Assembly: GCA_963810635.1 (NCBI GenBank)
Contig: CAWEOB010000008.1
Location: forward strand, 181,382 to 245,381
Direction: 5' to 3'
Origin: an uncultured Actinomycetes bacterium
GTDB taxonomy: Bacteria > Actinomycetota > UBA4738 > HRBIN12
DNA length: 64,000 nucleotides
Shown piece after piece: positions 31,184 through 40,368 of the stretch (positions are counted from its first letter, which is position 1; each line of letters starts with the position of its first letter). The notes below the pieces were generated by a model, which searched no databases, was not told the origin of the DNA, and saw only the letters and a list, made by a program, of their open reading frames with translations. The position numbers and the translations under genes were made by a program.

Positions 31184-32842
31184 TCAATCCTCGAACGATC
31201 GGAACCATGAGCCGCCGTTGAACTCGGCGACCGCAGCCGCGCCCACCGCGGTCTCCCCCAGGAACCGGATCCGTGCCGGCTCGCGCTCTGAACCCGCGGC
31301 GAACCAGCCGTCGGCGAGGGGGACCAGCTCGGCTTCGGGGTCACCGTCGGTCGCGGCGCTCGGCCACTGCAACGCCAGCCGACCTTTGCGCAGCAGGACC
31401 CGGAGGACGGGGCACCACGGGTCGTCGTTCCGGTAGATCCCGGCGTACCGACGCCACGTCTCGGGCGGAGGCTCCGGCTCGGGCCCACCGTACGCCTCGC
31501 CACGGAACCACGTGTCGCCGTGGAAGGCCTCGACGACCTTTCCGTCCGCGTCGCGGCCGAACACGAGCGGGAACCGCTCGAGGGCTTCGTGGGGCACGAG
31601 GAACAGGTCACCTGCCTCGAACGACAGCGGGTCGCGCTCGAGCGCCACATGGACGGGCCCGACCTGCAGCCGGAGCTGGCCTTCCGCGGCCCCGACCTCG
31701 AGCACCCTGCCGTCCTCACCCCGGTAGGTCCCGGTGTAGTCCGCCGCGTTCGCCACGTCGGTGGGAGCCGGCGGGATGGGGACGGCGGGGAGCGGACCAC
31801 CCACCACCGCGGCGCGTACCGTGGCGAGCGCGAACCGGACCAGTCCGTACGTGGAGCCCGCGCCGTTCTGCAGTGCGACGCACGCGAGACCCTCCTCGGG
31901 GACCGTGACGAGGTAGGCGGTGTAGCCGACCATGCCGCCCGAGTGCGCGACCCACCGGACGCCGTCGACCTCCTCGGTCCACAGGCCGTATCCGTAGGTC
32001 CCCCTGTCACCATCGTCCACGCGCGGTTCGACCCACTCGACGAACATCGCGTCCGAGAGGATCCGCCCCCCGCGCCCATCCGGGACGTCGCCGCCGGCGA
32101 GGATCAGCCGGGCGTACGCCGACATGTCGAGCACGTTCGAGACGATCGACCCGTCGGCCGTGAAGCTCACGATGCGGGCGGCCGGGCGCAGCGGATGCCG
32201 GATCTGGACGGGCCGGTCCGTGTACATCGGCTCGTAGCCGGTGGCGAGGTCGACCCACGCGCCGTCGGTGATGGCGCCCACGGTCGACGTCATGCCGAGC
32301 GGCCCGGCGATCCGTTCCTCGAGCAGCCGGTCGACGCGCGTCCCCGTGATCTCTTCGAGGCACGCCCCGACGATCTTCCACCCGTCGTTCGAGTAGAGGA
32401 ACCGCTCGCCCGGTGCCGTGGTCGGCGGGTTGATCTTGAGGCGGTGCAACGTGCCGGCCTGGGTCACCGCATCCTCCGTCCCGATGAGCAGGCCGGCGGT
32501 GTGCGTCATGAGGTGGTGCAGCGTGATCGGCCCGAAGGGCTCGGGGAGCCCGAGCCACGGGAGGATCTCGTTCACCGAGACGTGCAGGTCGAGGTGCCCC
32601 GCCTCGACCTCCTGCAGCACGACCAACGAAGCGAACGACTTCGAGATGGAGCCGATCTGCGATCGCGTCTCGGGCCGGACGGGCGCACCAGAGGCGACGT
32701 CGGCGAGGCCGCGGCACACGACCCCGAGGACCTCCTCACGATCGGTCACCGCGAGCGCGAGGCCGGGTGCATGCGACACGGGGAGGTGGTGCTCGGCGGC
32801 GGCGCCGATCCGTTCGAAGGCGTCGACCAGCCCCGAGGTCAT
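31184..32842 (-). CDS. Serine hydrolase of the beta-lactamase (class C / DD-peptidase) family with a C-terminal extension
   Basis: GSISKSF (SxxK) and LYSNDGW (YxN). 552 aa. The C-terminal ~200 aa lie outside the catalytic domain. Confidence 0.75.
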   Translation of the reverse strand: MTSGLVDAFERIGAAAEHHLPVSHAPGLALAVTDREEVLGVVCRGLADVASGAPVRPETRSQIGSISKSFASLVVLQEVEAGHLDLHVSVNEILPWLGLPEPFGPITLHHLMTHTAGLLIGTEDAVTQAGTLHRLKINPPTTAPGERFLYSNDGWKIVGACLEEITGTRVDRLLEERIAGPLGMTSTVGAITDGAWVDLATGYEPMYTDRPVQIRHPLRPAARIVSFTADGSIVSNVLDMSAYARLILAGGDVPDGRGGRILSDAMFVEWVEPRVDDGDRGTYGYGLWTEEVDGVRWVAHSGGMVGYTAYLVTVPEEGLACVALQNGAGSTYGLVRFALATVRAAVVGGPLPAVPIPPAPTDVANAADYTGTYRGEDGRVLEVGAAEGQLRLQVGPVHVALERDPLSFEAGDLFLVPHEALERFPLVFGRDADGKVVEAFHGDTWFRGEAYGGPEPEPPPETWRRYAGIYRNDDPWCPVLRVLLRKGRLALQWPSAATDGDPEAELVPLADGWFAAGSEREPARIRFLGETAVGAAAVAEFNGGSWFRSFED

Positions 32843-32852
32843 ACGCGCCGCC

Positions 32853-33260
32853 TCAGGCGCCGAAGAACAGGGCGAGCTCGCGCTCGGCGGACGCCGGTGA
32901 GTCGGACCCGTGCACGAGGTTCTCGCCGATCACGGTGGCGAAGGCGCCGCGGATCGATCCGGGCGGGGCGTCCACCGGGTCCGTCGGCCCCATCAGCGTT
33001 CGCCAGCAGGCGATGGCGTTCTCGCCGGTGATCTTGGCGACGACGACCGGGCCGCTCGTGATGAAGTCGACGAGCTCACCGTAGAAGGGCTTGTCCCGAT
33101 GCTCGCCGTAGTGCTCCTCGGCGGTCTCGCGCGGGATCAGGCGCAGATCCATCCGCTCGATCGAGAGGCCCTTCACCTCGACGCGGCGCAGCACCTCGCC
33201 GACCAGGCCGCGCTGGACGCCGTCGGGTTTCACGATCAGCAGGGTGGATTCGATCGCCAT
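32853..33260 (-). CDS. ndk: Nucleoside diphosphate kinase
   Basis: [21 protein letters not shown]... and NLVHGSDS. Confidence 0.95.
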   Translation of the reverse strand: MAIESTLLIVKPDGVQRGLVGEVLRRVEVKGLSIERMDLRLIPRETAEEHYGEHRDKPFYGELVDFITSGPVVVAKITGENAIACWRTLMGPTDPVDAPPGSIRGAFATVIGENLVHGSDSPASAERELALFFGA

Positions 33261-33328
33261 GGGGTCCGGTCCCTCTCCTCGCTCGGGTCGTCGTTCGGGG
33301 CGCGTCGGCGCGGAAGTCTACCGAGGGG

Positions 33329-34618
33329 TCACCGGCTCGCGAGCGCGCGCTTCGCGTCGGCGACCGTGAACAGCGAGCCGGTGACGAGGATGGCGTCGGA
33401 GGGGCTCGCGGCCGCGCGAGCGGCCGCGAGGGCCACCGCCACCGAAGGGTGGACCTCCGCGGGGCGCCCGAGCGCCCTCGCCGCCTCGGCGAGGGCGCCC
33501 GGTTCCCCGCTCCGCACGCTGTCGTTGCGGGTCGCGTAGACGGCGTCCGCCAACGGCGCGAGCGCCGCCACGATCCCCGCCGCATCCTTGTTCGCGCTCA
33601 CGGCGAGCACCAGATGGAGCCGCTCCCAGGTGAACGCGCGCTCGAGCGCCTCCGCGAGGGCGCCGGCGCCGGCCGGGTTGTGCGCCCCGTCGAGCAGCAC
33701 CAACGGCTCCCGCGCGACCACCTCCAGGCGCCCCGGCGACCGCACGGCGCGCAGACCCTTCCGGACGCTGGCCTCGTCGAGCGCCTGCCCGGCGAGCACC
33801 TCGAGCGCGACGACGCCGGCGGCGGCGTTCGCCACCGTGTAAGCACCGAACAAGGGCACGTAGAGGTCGTCGTACGTCGCGTGGATCCCCCGCACGCGGA
33901 ACGACTGCCCGCCGACGGCCAGGAGCTCCTCGTCCACCTCCCAATCGGCGCCCTCATGCAGGAGCGTCGCGCCCACCTCGTCGGCCCGGCGCGCGAGCAC
34001 CACGGCGACCTCAGGATCCTGCGCTCGGATCACGCCGGTCTTCCCTTCCTTCAGGATCCCTGCCTTCTCACCCGCGATGTCGCCGAGCGTCGGGCCCAGC
34101 TCCGCGACATGGTCGAGACCCACCGGGGTGATCACGGCGACGTCGCCGGCCACGAGGTTCGTGGCGTCCCACGATCCGCCCATCCCCACCTCGAAGACCC
34201 CGAGGCCCACGGGCCGATCCGCGAACCAGAGGTACGCGAGCGCCGTGACCGCCTCGAAGTACGTGACCTCGCCGAGACCGAGCCCGTCCACCAGCTCGAG
34301 GAACGGCTCCAGGTGCTCCCATTCATCGGCGAACTCCTGCTCGGTCATGTCGACGCCGCAGATCGAGAACCGCTCGGTGATCGTGAGCAGATGCGGCGAG
34401 GTGAAGACCCCGGTCGTGAGCCCGTACGCGCAGCCGACGGCGCCCGCCACCCGGGCTGCCGTCGTCTTCCCGTTGGTGCCGGTCACGTGGATCGTGGGGT
34501 ACGTCAACTCCGGATGGTCAAGATAGTTGACCAACTCACGGATCCGATCGAGCGAGGGGCCCGGCATGTGCTCGGGCTGTCGGGCGTCGAGATGCCCCCG
34601 TGCCTCGTGGAACCGCAT
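33329..34618 (-). CDS. folC: Bifunctional folylpolyglutamate synthase / dihydrofolate synthase
   Basis: HVTGTNGKTT P-loop and Mur-ligase-like architecture. The ATG overlaps the valS stop (ATGA). Confidence 0.9.
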   Translation of the reverse strand: MRFHEARGHLDARQPEHMPGPSLDRIRELVNYLDHPELTYPTIHVTGTNGKTTAARVAGAVGCAYGLTTGVFTSPHLLTITERFSICGVDMTEQEFADEWEHLEPFLELVDGLGLGEVTYFEAVTALAYLWFADRPVGLGVFEVGMGGSWDATNLVAGDVAVITPVGLDHVAELGPTLGDIAGEKAGILKEGKTGVIRAQDPEVAVVLARRADEVGATLLHEGADWEVDEELLAVGGQSFRVRGIHATYDDLYVPLFGAYTVANAAAGVVALEVLAGQALDEASVRKGLRAVRSPGRLEVVAREPLVLLDGAHNPAGAGALAEALERAFTWERLHLVLAVSANKDAAGIVAALAPLADAVYATRNDSVRSGEPGALAEAARALGRPAEVHPSVAVALAAARAAASPSDAILVTGSLFTVADAKRALASR

Positions 34619-37167
34619 CAGGTGGGATCGGGTGGGGCCAGCACGACCTGCACTGACGGCTCCTCACCCGCCACGAGCACGAACTCGCCCACGTTGCCGG
34701 CCTCGCGGAGGTCCTCGAGCGTGACCCGGAGGGCCTCGAGCCGCTCCTGTCTGTCCGTCACCGTCACGACCTTCACGGGGACGCGCAGCGACACCTTGGC
34801 GAGCGCCTTCTCCTTCCGGATCGCGGTGAGGACCTGGGCGGCCACCTCCGCGATCGTCACGGTGGTCCCCTCGTCGACCACGATCTCATCCTGCTGTGGC
34901 CAGGCCGCGTGGTGGATGGAGCCCTCGCGCCACCACGACCACACCTCCTCCGTCACGTACGGCAGGAACGGCGCGAACAGCCGGAGGAGGACGTCGAGCG
35001 CGCCGCGGAGCGCGGCCATCGCCGATCCGGCGCGCTCGGGGCCGTATGCGCCGTACGCACGCTGCTTCACGAGCTCCAGGTAGTCGTCGGTGAAGCCCCA
35101 GAAGAACCGCTCCGTCACGTCGAGCGCCTTCGCGTGCTCGTAGTCCTCGAACGCGGACGTGGCCTCGCCCACGACCTCGCGCAGCCCGGCGAGCATCGAG
35201 CGATCGAGCGGGTCGGCGATCTCCCCCTCTTCGGCCTCCATCCCCAGGACGAACCGCGACGCGTTCAGGATCTTGATCGCGAGTCGGCGACCGACCTTCA
35301 TCTGGTGCTCGTCGAAGGTCGCGTCGATGCCGAGCCGGGCGCTCCCCGCCCAGTAGCGCACCGCATCGGCGCTGTGACGCTCGAACATCTCGATCGGCGT
35401 CACCACGTTGCCCTTCGACTTCGACATCTTCTTGCGGTCGGGATCGAGTACGAAGCCGCTGATGGCCGCGTCCGACCACGGGAGGGAATCGTGCTCGAAG
35501 TGCGCCTTGAGCACCGTGTAGAAGAGCCAGGTGCGGATGATCTCGTGCGCCTGGGGCCGGAGATCCATAGGGAAGGTCCGCGCGAACAGGTCGTCGTCCT
35601 CTTCCCAGCCCGCCGCGATCTGCGGGGAGCACGAGGAGGTGGCCCACGTGTCCATCACGTCCGGGTCGCCGCCGAACCCTCCCGGTACGTCGCGCTGTTC
35701 CGCCGTGAAGCCGGGCGGCGCATCGTTCTGCGGGTCGATGGGCAGCGCCGACTCCTCGGGCACGATCGGGTGGTCGTGATCGGGCTCGCCGTCGGGGCCG
35801 ATCGGGTACCACACGGGGAACGGCACCCCGAAGTAGCGCTGCCGGCTCATGGCCCAGTCCTGGTTGAGACCCTCGACCCACGATGCGTAGCGCGCGCCCA
35901 TGTGGGCGGGGTGCCAGCGGAGCTCCTGCCCGCGCGCGAGGAACTCCTCTTTGTAGGGCATCGTCGAGATGAACCACTGGCGGCTCGTGATGATCTCGAG
36001 CGGGCGGTTGCCGTTCTCGTAGAACTTCACGACGTGCCGGACGGGCTGCGGCTCGCCGACCAGGGAGCCGGCATCGCCCAGGAGCTCGGCCACGCGCTTG
36101 CGAGCCTGTTTCGCGCCCTTGCCGGTGAGCTCGGCCATGGCGGCGTTCGCGGCCTCGGGGTCGCGGCTCTCCCAGCCCGGCTGCCCGAACCGCCCCTCGA
36201 TCAAGGTGCCATCCCGGCGGATCACGACCCGCGACGGCAAGCCGAGCTCGCGCCACCACACCACGTCGGTGACGTCGCCGAACGTGCAGATCTGCGCGGC
36301 GCCGGTCCCCTTCTCAGGGTCGGCCAGCGCGTGGGCGACGACCGGCACCGGCACGCGGAACAGCGGGGTGAGCGCGGTCTTCCCGACGAGCGACGCGTAC
36401 CGTTCGTCGTCCGGGTTCACGACGAGCGCCACGCACGCCGGGATCAGCTCGGGCCTCGAGGTCTCGATCCGGATCTGGCCGGAGCCATCGTCCAGGTCGA
36501 AGGCGACGCGGTGGTAGACGCCGTCGATCTCCCGGTCCTGGATCTCCGCTTGGGCGACCGCGGTCCGGAAGTCGACGTCCCACATCGTCGGCGCCTCCGC
36601 CTTCGACGCCAGGCCCTTCCGCAAGAGCCGGAGGAACGACCGCTGGGAGGCACGCCGAGCCCGTTCGCCGACCGTGGTGTACGTGTGACTCCAGTCGACG
36701 GACAGGCCCACCAACCGGAACAGGTTCTCGTAGGCCTTCTCGTCTTCGGCGGTCAGCCGCTCGCACAGCTCGATGAAGTTCCCGCGGCTCACGGCAACGG
36801 GCTTCTCGTCGGGTCGTTCCAGCGTCGAGACGTCGAACCCCGGGTCGTACGGGAGCGACGGCTCGCACCGCACGCCGAAGTAGTTCTGCACGCGACGCTC
36901 CGTGGGGAGCCCGTTGTCGTCCCACCCCATCGGGTAGAAGACCTCGAATCCCCGCATGCGCTTGTAGCGCGCCATCAGGTCGGTGTGCGTGTACGACATC
37001 ACGTGGCCCACGTGGAGCGAGCCGCTCGCGGTGGGCGGCGGCGTGTCGATCGCGAAGATCTGCTCGCGCGTCTTCGAGCGGTCGAAGCGGTAGGTGCCCG
37101 CGGCCTCCCACCACTCGCCCCACTTCGCCTCGAGACCGTCGAGCGACGGCTTCTCAGGGACCTCCAT
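34618..37167 (-). CDS. valS: Valine--tRNA ligase
   Basis: ATG 37167 (MEVPEKPSLDGLEAKW). PPTASGSLHVGHVMSY (HIGH-type motif), KKMSKSKGN (KMSKS), about 849 aa. Confidence 0.92.
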   Translation of the reverse strand: MEVPEKPSLDGLEAKWGEWWEAAGTYRFDRSKTREQIFAIDTPPPTASGSLHVGHVMSYTHTDLMARYKRMRGFEVFYPMGWDDNGLPTERRVQNYFGVRCEPSLPYDPGFDVSTLERPDEKPVAVSRGNFIELCERLTAEDEKAYENLFRLVGLSVDWSHTYTTVGERARRASQRSFLRLLRKGLASKAEAPTMWDVDFRTAVAQAEIQDREIDGVYHRVAFDLDDGSGQIRIETSRPELIPACVALVVNPDDERYASLVGKTALTPLFRVPVPVVAHALADPEKGTGAAQICTFGDVTDVVWWRELGLPSRVVIRRDGTLIEGRFGQPGWESRDPEAANAAMAELTGKGAKQARKRVAELLGDAGSLVGEPQPVRHVVKFYENGNRPLEIITSRQWFISTMPYKEEFLARGQELRWHPAHMGARYASWVEGLNQDWAMSRQRYFGVPFPVWYPIGPDGEPDHDHPIVPEESALPIDPQNDAPPGFTAEQRDVPGGFGGDPDVMDTWATSSCSPQIAAGWEEDDDLFARTFPMDLRPQAHEIIRTWLFYTVLKAHFEHDSLPWSDAAISGFVLDPDRKKMSKSKGNVVTPIEMFERHSADAVRYWAGSARLGIDATFDEHQMKVGRRLAIKILNASRFVLGMEAEEGEIADPLDRSMLAGLREVVGEATSAFEDYEHAKALDVTERFFWGFTDDYLELVKQRAYGAYGPERAGSAMAALRGALDVLLRLFAPFLPYVTEEVWSWWREGSIHHAAWPQQDEIVVDEGTTVTIAEVAAQVLTAIRKEKALAKVSLRVPVKVVTVTDRQERLEALRVTLEDLREAGNVGEFVLVAGEEPSVQVVLAPPDPT

Positions 37168-37192
37168 GGGGGCAGAGTCTACGGAACGGCTC

Positions 37193-38218
37193 TCAGGCGA
37201 CCGTCGGGTCGTCCGGTGCGGCCAGCCGGCTCCCGAGTGGGACGCCGACCACACCACCGATCCGGGCGTTCAGGAACTGCCCCCACACGAAGAACCTCGC
37301 GGCGAGGTAGAGGTACAGGAGGATCACGATCGCCACGCCCAGCCCGCCGTAGAGCGAATCCACCTTGTCGAGGTGGTCGGCGAAGTACACCTTCGTGGCG
37401 AGCGAGAGCCCGCGGAGCCCGACGGCGACCAGCAGTGCGCCCGGCACGACCGCGAGCCACCCGGACCCTCCGTTCGGCAGCAGGTGCATCGCGACCACGA
37501 CGAGGACCGCGACCGCGAGGGTGACGAGGATGATGACGAGCAGATCCAGGGCGAAGCCGCCGCCGAACAAGGCAGGTGCCAGCGCCTGCAGCCCGAGACC
37601 CAGGAACATGATCCCGAGGAACGCGAACGCTCCCTTCATCGTGGCGCGAGCCGAGCGGATGGGCAGCTGCCAGGCGATCGTCGAGATCAGCATCACCGCG
37701 CGGACCGCGCTCCTCGCCGCCCACACCGTGAGCCAGGCGCTGAGGACGAGCAGCCAGATCCTCCCCGAGTCGGAGGTCGCCACGGCCTGGGCGATCACGC
37801 TGGCGACCGCCGCGCTGAGACCTGCCTGCCGAGCGAGGTCGTCGGGCGCGGTCTGCCCGAGATCGGTATAGAGCCCGAACAGACAGATCAGGAAGAGCAT
37901 GGCGGGAACCTCGAAGAGGAAGATCCGGTACGCGAGGCCGCCCGACAACAATGGTCCGCCGCGTTGTCGATCCATGTCCCAGGCTTCGACGGCGGTCCGG
38001 ACCCAGCCGCGGTGGGCCCGTTCATGCTCGAAGCGCGTCTGGGCCTGCTGCTGGAGGTCGTCGGCCTTGGATCGGAGGTCGGCGATCCGCTCGCGCGTGG
38101 TGCGGGAGGAGGGCTCCGCGACCGCGGAGCCCTCCGGCGGCGGTTCGGGTGGCGGTGAGGACGGCTCGGGGCCGCTCCGCGGCCCCGAGCCGTCCTCACC
38201 CCGCGGGGACTCGCCCAC
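37193..38218 (-). CDS. YihY/BrkB (virulence factor BrkB / former RNase BN) family membrane protein
   Basis: GGPLLSGGLAYRIFLFEVPAMLFLI... followed by 5-6 TM helices. The start is placed at the GTG just after the upstream stop. The ORF is open up to 38335. Confidence 0.65.
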   Translation of the reverse strand: MGESPRGEDGSGPRSGPEPSSPPPEPPPEGSAVAEPSSRTTRERIADLRSKADDLQQQAQTRFEHERAHRGWVRTAVEAWDMDRQRGGPLLSGGLAYRIFLFEVPAMLFLICLFGLYTDLGQTAPDDLARQAGLSAAVASVIAQAVATSDSGRIWLLVLSAWLTVWAARSAVRAVMLISTIAWQLPIRSARATMKGAFAFLGIMFLGLGLQALAPALFGGGFALDLLVIILVTLAVAVLVVVAMHLLPNGGSGWLAVVPGALLVAVGLRGLSLATKVYFADHLDKVDSLYGGLGVAIVILLYLYLAARFFVWGQFLNARIGGVVGVPLGSRLAAPDDPTVA

Positions 38219-38220
38219 GG

Positions 38221-39691
38221 CTACCCCGTGTCGGGCGCCTGGCCGAGAGCTTCGGCCGTGCGCCACACCGCCAGCTCGAACAGCCCCGCCAGCACCAGCA
38301 GCAGCAGGAAACCCCAGAACGACAGATCGAGCCACCAGAAGAGGACGACCGCGACGGCGGCCCCGCCCATCATGAGCACGTCACGGTGTCCGGCGACCCA
38401 CTGCGCGGCCGGGCCGGCCTCGCTGCCCTGCATCATGCCCACCGCGCTCGAGAACACATCGGCCATCCCTCGCCGCAACCAGGCGGCCCATGGATACGGC
38501 CCGGTGAGCAGCGCGATCACGATCGTGATGAGCGCGATCGCGAGCACCCACCCGGTGTACCGGAGGAAGTCGCTCAAGATGACGTCGGCAGCAGCACGCA
38601 CGGCCGCCTGGGCATCGCGCGCGGCGTTGTCGACGAGGCTGTCGAGCGCCACGATCACCGTTCTCCGCTCGAGGACCAACAGGACCGCCGCGCCCGTCAT
38701 CAGCTGCAAGAGGGTGCGTCGACGGCGCTGCGAGAGCGCGAGCGCGCCCGCCGATGCGAGGAAGAACAGGACCACGAACGCGACGATGAGCTTGTTGGCG
38801 GCGTTCACCGAGTCCTGGACCGCGGCCAGCGTGTCCGAGTCGTAGATCTCGATCGTCCCGAAGTTGTCCGGCAGGTCGACCCCCAGCGCGGTCTCGAGCT
38901 TGTTCACGGCTTCGCTCGGGATCATGTCGGCCGTGATCTCGGGGAGCGTGACCGGGCGCCCGAGGAGCTCCGACGCGAGGTCGGACACGCCCTGCAACGC
39001 CTGGTTCACGAGCGGCAGGGTGTTGATCACGACCTTGCCGTCCGTGAGCTGGACGGCGTCGTTCTCATCGCCGTTCAACACGGCCACGATCTGATCGTGC
39101 GCGACCCGGTTGGCCTCAGCCCAGAGCTCCTGGAAGGCGGGGCTCGCGAGCAGCTTCTCGACCTGGACGCGGACGAGATCCCGCACGGACTGCGTGATCG
39201 GGGCGGCGAGGAACGCCAGGCGCTCATCGAAGCTTCCCAAGGCGGTCGACAGCCGCCCCTCGACATCGAGGGCGACGAACGCCTGATCGGTCGATCCGGG
39301 CCGCGAGGTACGCCTGGACCGCGGGTTGCTGCGCCACCTCCGAGACCACGTCGACGTACCGGTCCGTATCGCGCAAGGTGCGACGCGCCCACGCGCCGGG
39401 CATCGCGCCGGCGAGGCTGACGAGCGCCACGACCAACAAGACCACGGTGAACACGGTGCGGAGCTTGGAACGACGTTCGCCCTTCGCCCGCTCGGCCAGG
39501 TCATCGCGCTCCTGGCGCAGCCGGTCGCGCTCTTCCTTCAGCGCCTGGACGTCCTCGTCCGAAGGGGGCGTCGCCTGGGCGACCGGCTCGGTCGTGGCCT
39601 CGTGGGCCTCCGGTGGGGTCGGGGGCGGTTCGGGTGTGCCGCTCGGGGGCTCGGGCGGTGTGGGCCCGTCGGGTCCGGGTGTGTCGGTCAT
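38221..39691 (-). CDS. Hypothetical polytopic membrane protein with a Pro-rich / coiled-coil N-terminus (apparent frameshift near 39288-39296)
   Basis: ATG 39691 overlaps the HdeD-like stop (ATGA). MTDTPGPDGPTPPEPP...EERDRLRQERDDLAE, then TM segment TVFTVVLLVVALVSLAGAM. ...AVQAYLAARI continues in ORF 38221..39504 as TDQAFVALDVEGRLS... with 4-5 C-terminal TM helices. Confidence 0.55.
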
Positions 39692-40269
39692 GCCGCCGCC
39701 ACCTCTCTGTCGACCTCGCGCCCGGCGTGCCGGACGGCGAACGCCAGCCCGATCTGCGCGAACCCGCGGAACATCGCCATGAAGCCGACCCACAACAGGA
39801 TCAGCTCTGCCCGGGCCGGGAAGTACCGCTGCGACACCCAGAAGGCGAGCAGGACCTCCAGGATCCCGACGATGAGGCCGAGCCACCAGAGCTCGTTCTC
39901 CGGCTTCGAGACGATCGAACGGGTGATCTCGAACGACCCCATCAGGACGAGCAACAGCCCGAGGACCGAGGCGAGCGCGTAGAACGTGTCGAAGGGGTTG
40001 ATGAAGCTCCAGATGGAGCCGATCAGGAACACGGCGCCGAGGATGAAGTGGAACCATCTCCATCCACCGGCCACGGCCATCCCCATCATGAGCTCGTTGA
40101 CGGCAGCGCCGAGGAACAGGGCGCCGATCAGGAACCCGACGGCGGCGACCGACGTGTAGTTGAACCGCAACACGACGAACGAGATCAGCAACCACAGGAC
40201 GCCGGTGAGCAACAGCAACCACCAGACCCTGGACGCTTCCTTGGCGAACATCCTCTCCTCGGAACGCAT
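39688..40269 (-). CDS. HdeD/DUF308 family membrane protein
   Basis: Six predicted TM helices with paired repeats (WWLLLLTGVLWLLISFVVL..., WWLGLIVGILEVLLAFWV...). Family recalled, not searched. Confidence 0.6.
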   Translation of the reverse strand: MRSEERMFAKEASRVWWLLLLTGVLWLLISFVVLRFNYTSVAAVGFLIGALFLGAAVNELMMGMAVAGGWRWFHFILGAVFLIGSIWSFINPFDTFYALASVLGLLLVLMGSFEITRSIVSKPENELWWLGLIVGILEVLLAFWVSQRYFPARAELILLWVGFMAMFRGFAQIGLAFAVRHAGREVDREVAAA

Positions 40270-40368
40270 GCCCTTCCCCTCTCCGATGCGCAGGCTACGA
40301 CTGCATCATGATGGACGGGTGACCCTCGGCGCGACAACGCTCCGCCGGAACGAACCTAGACTCCCCGC

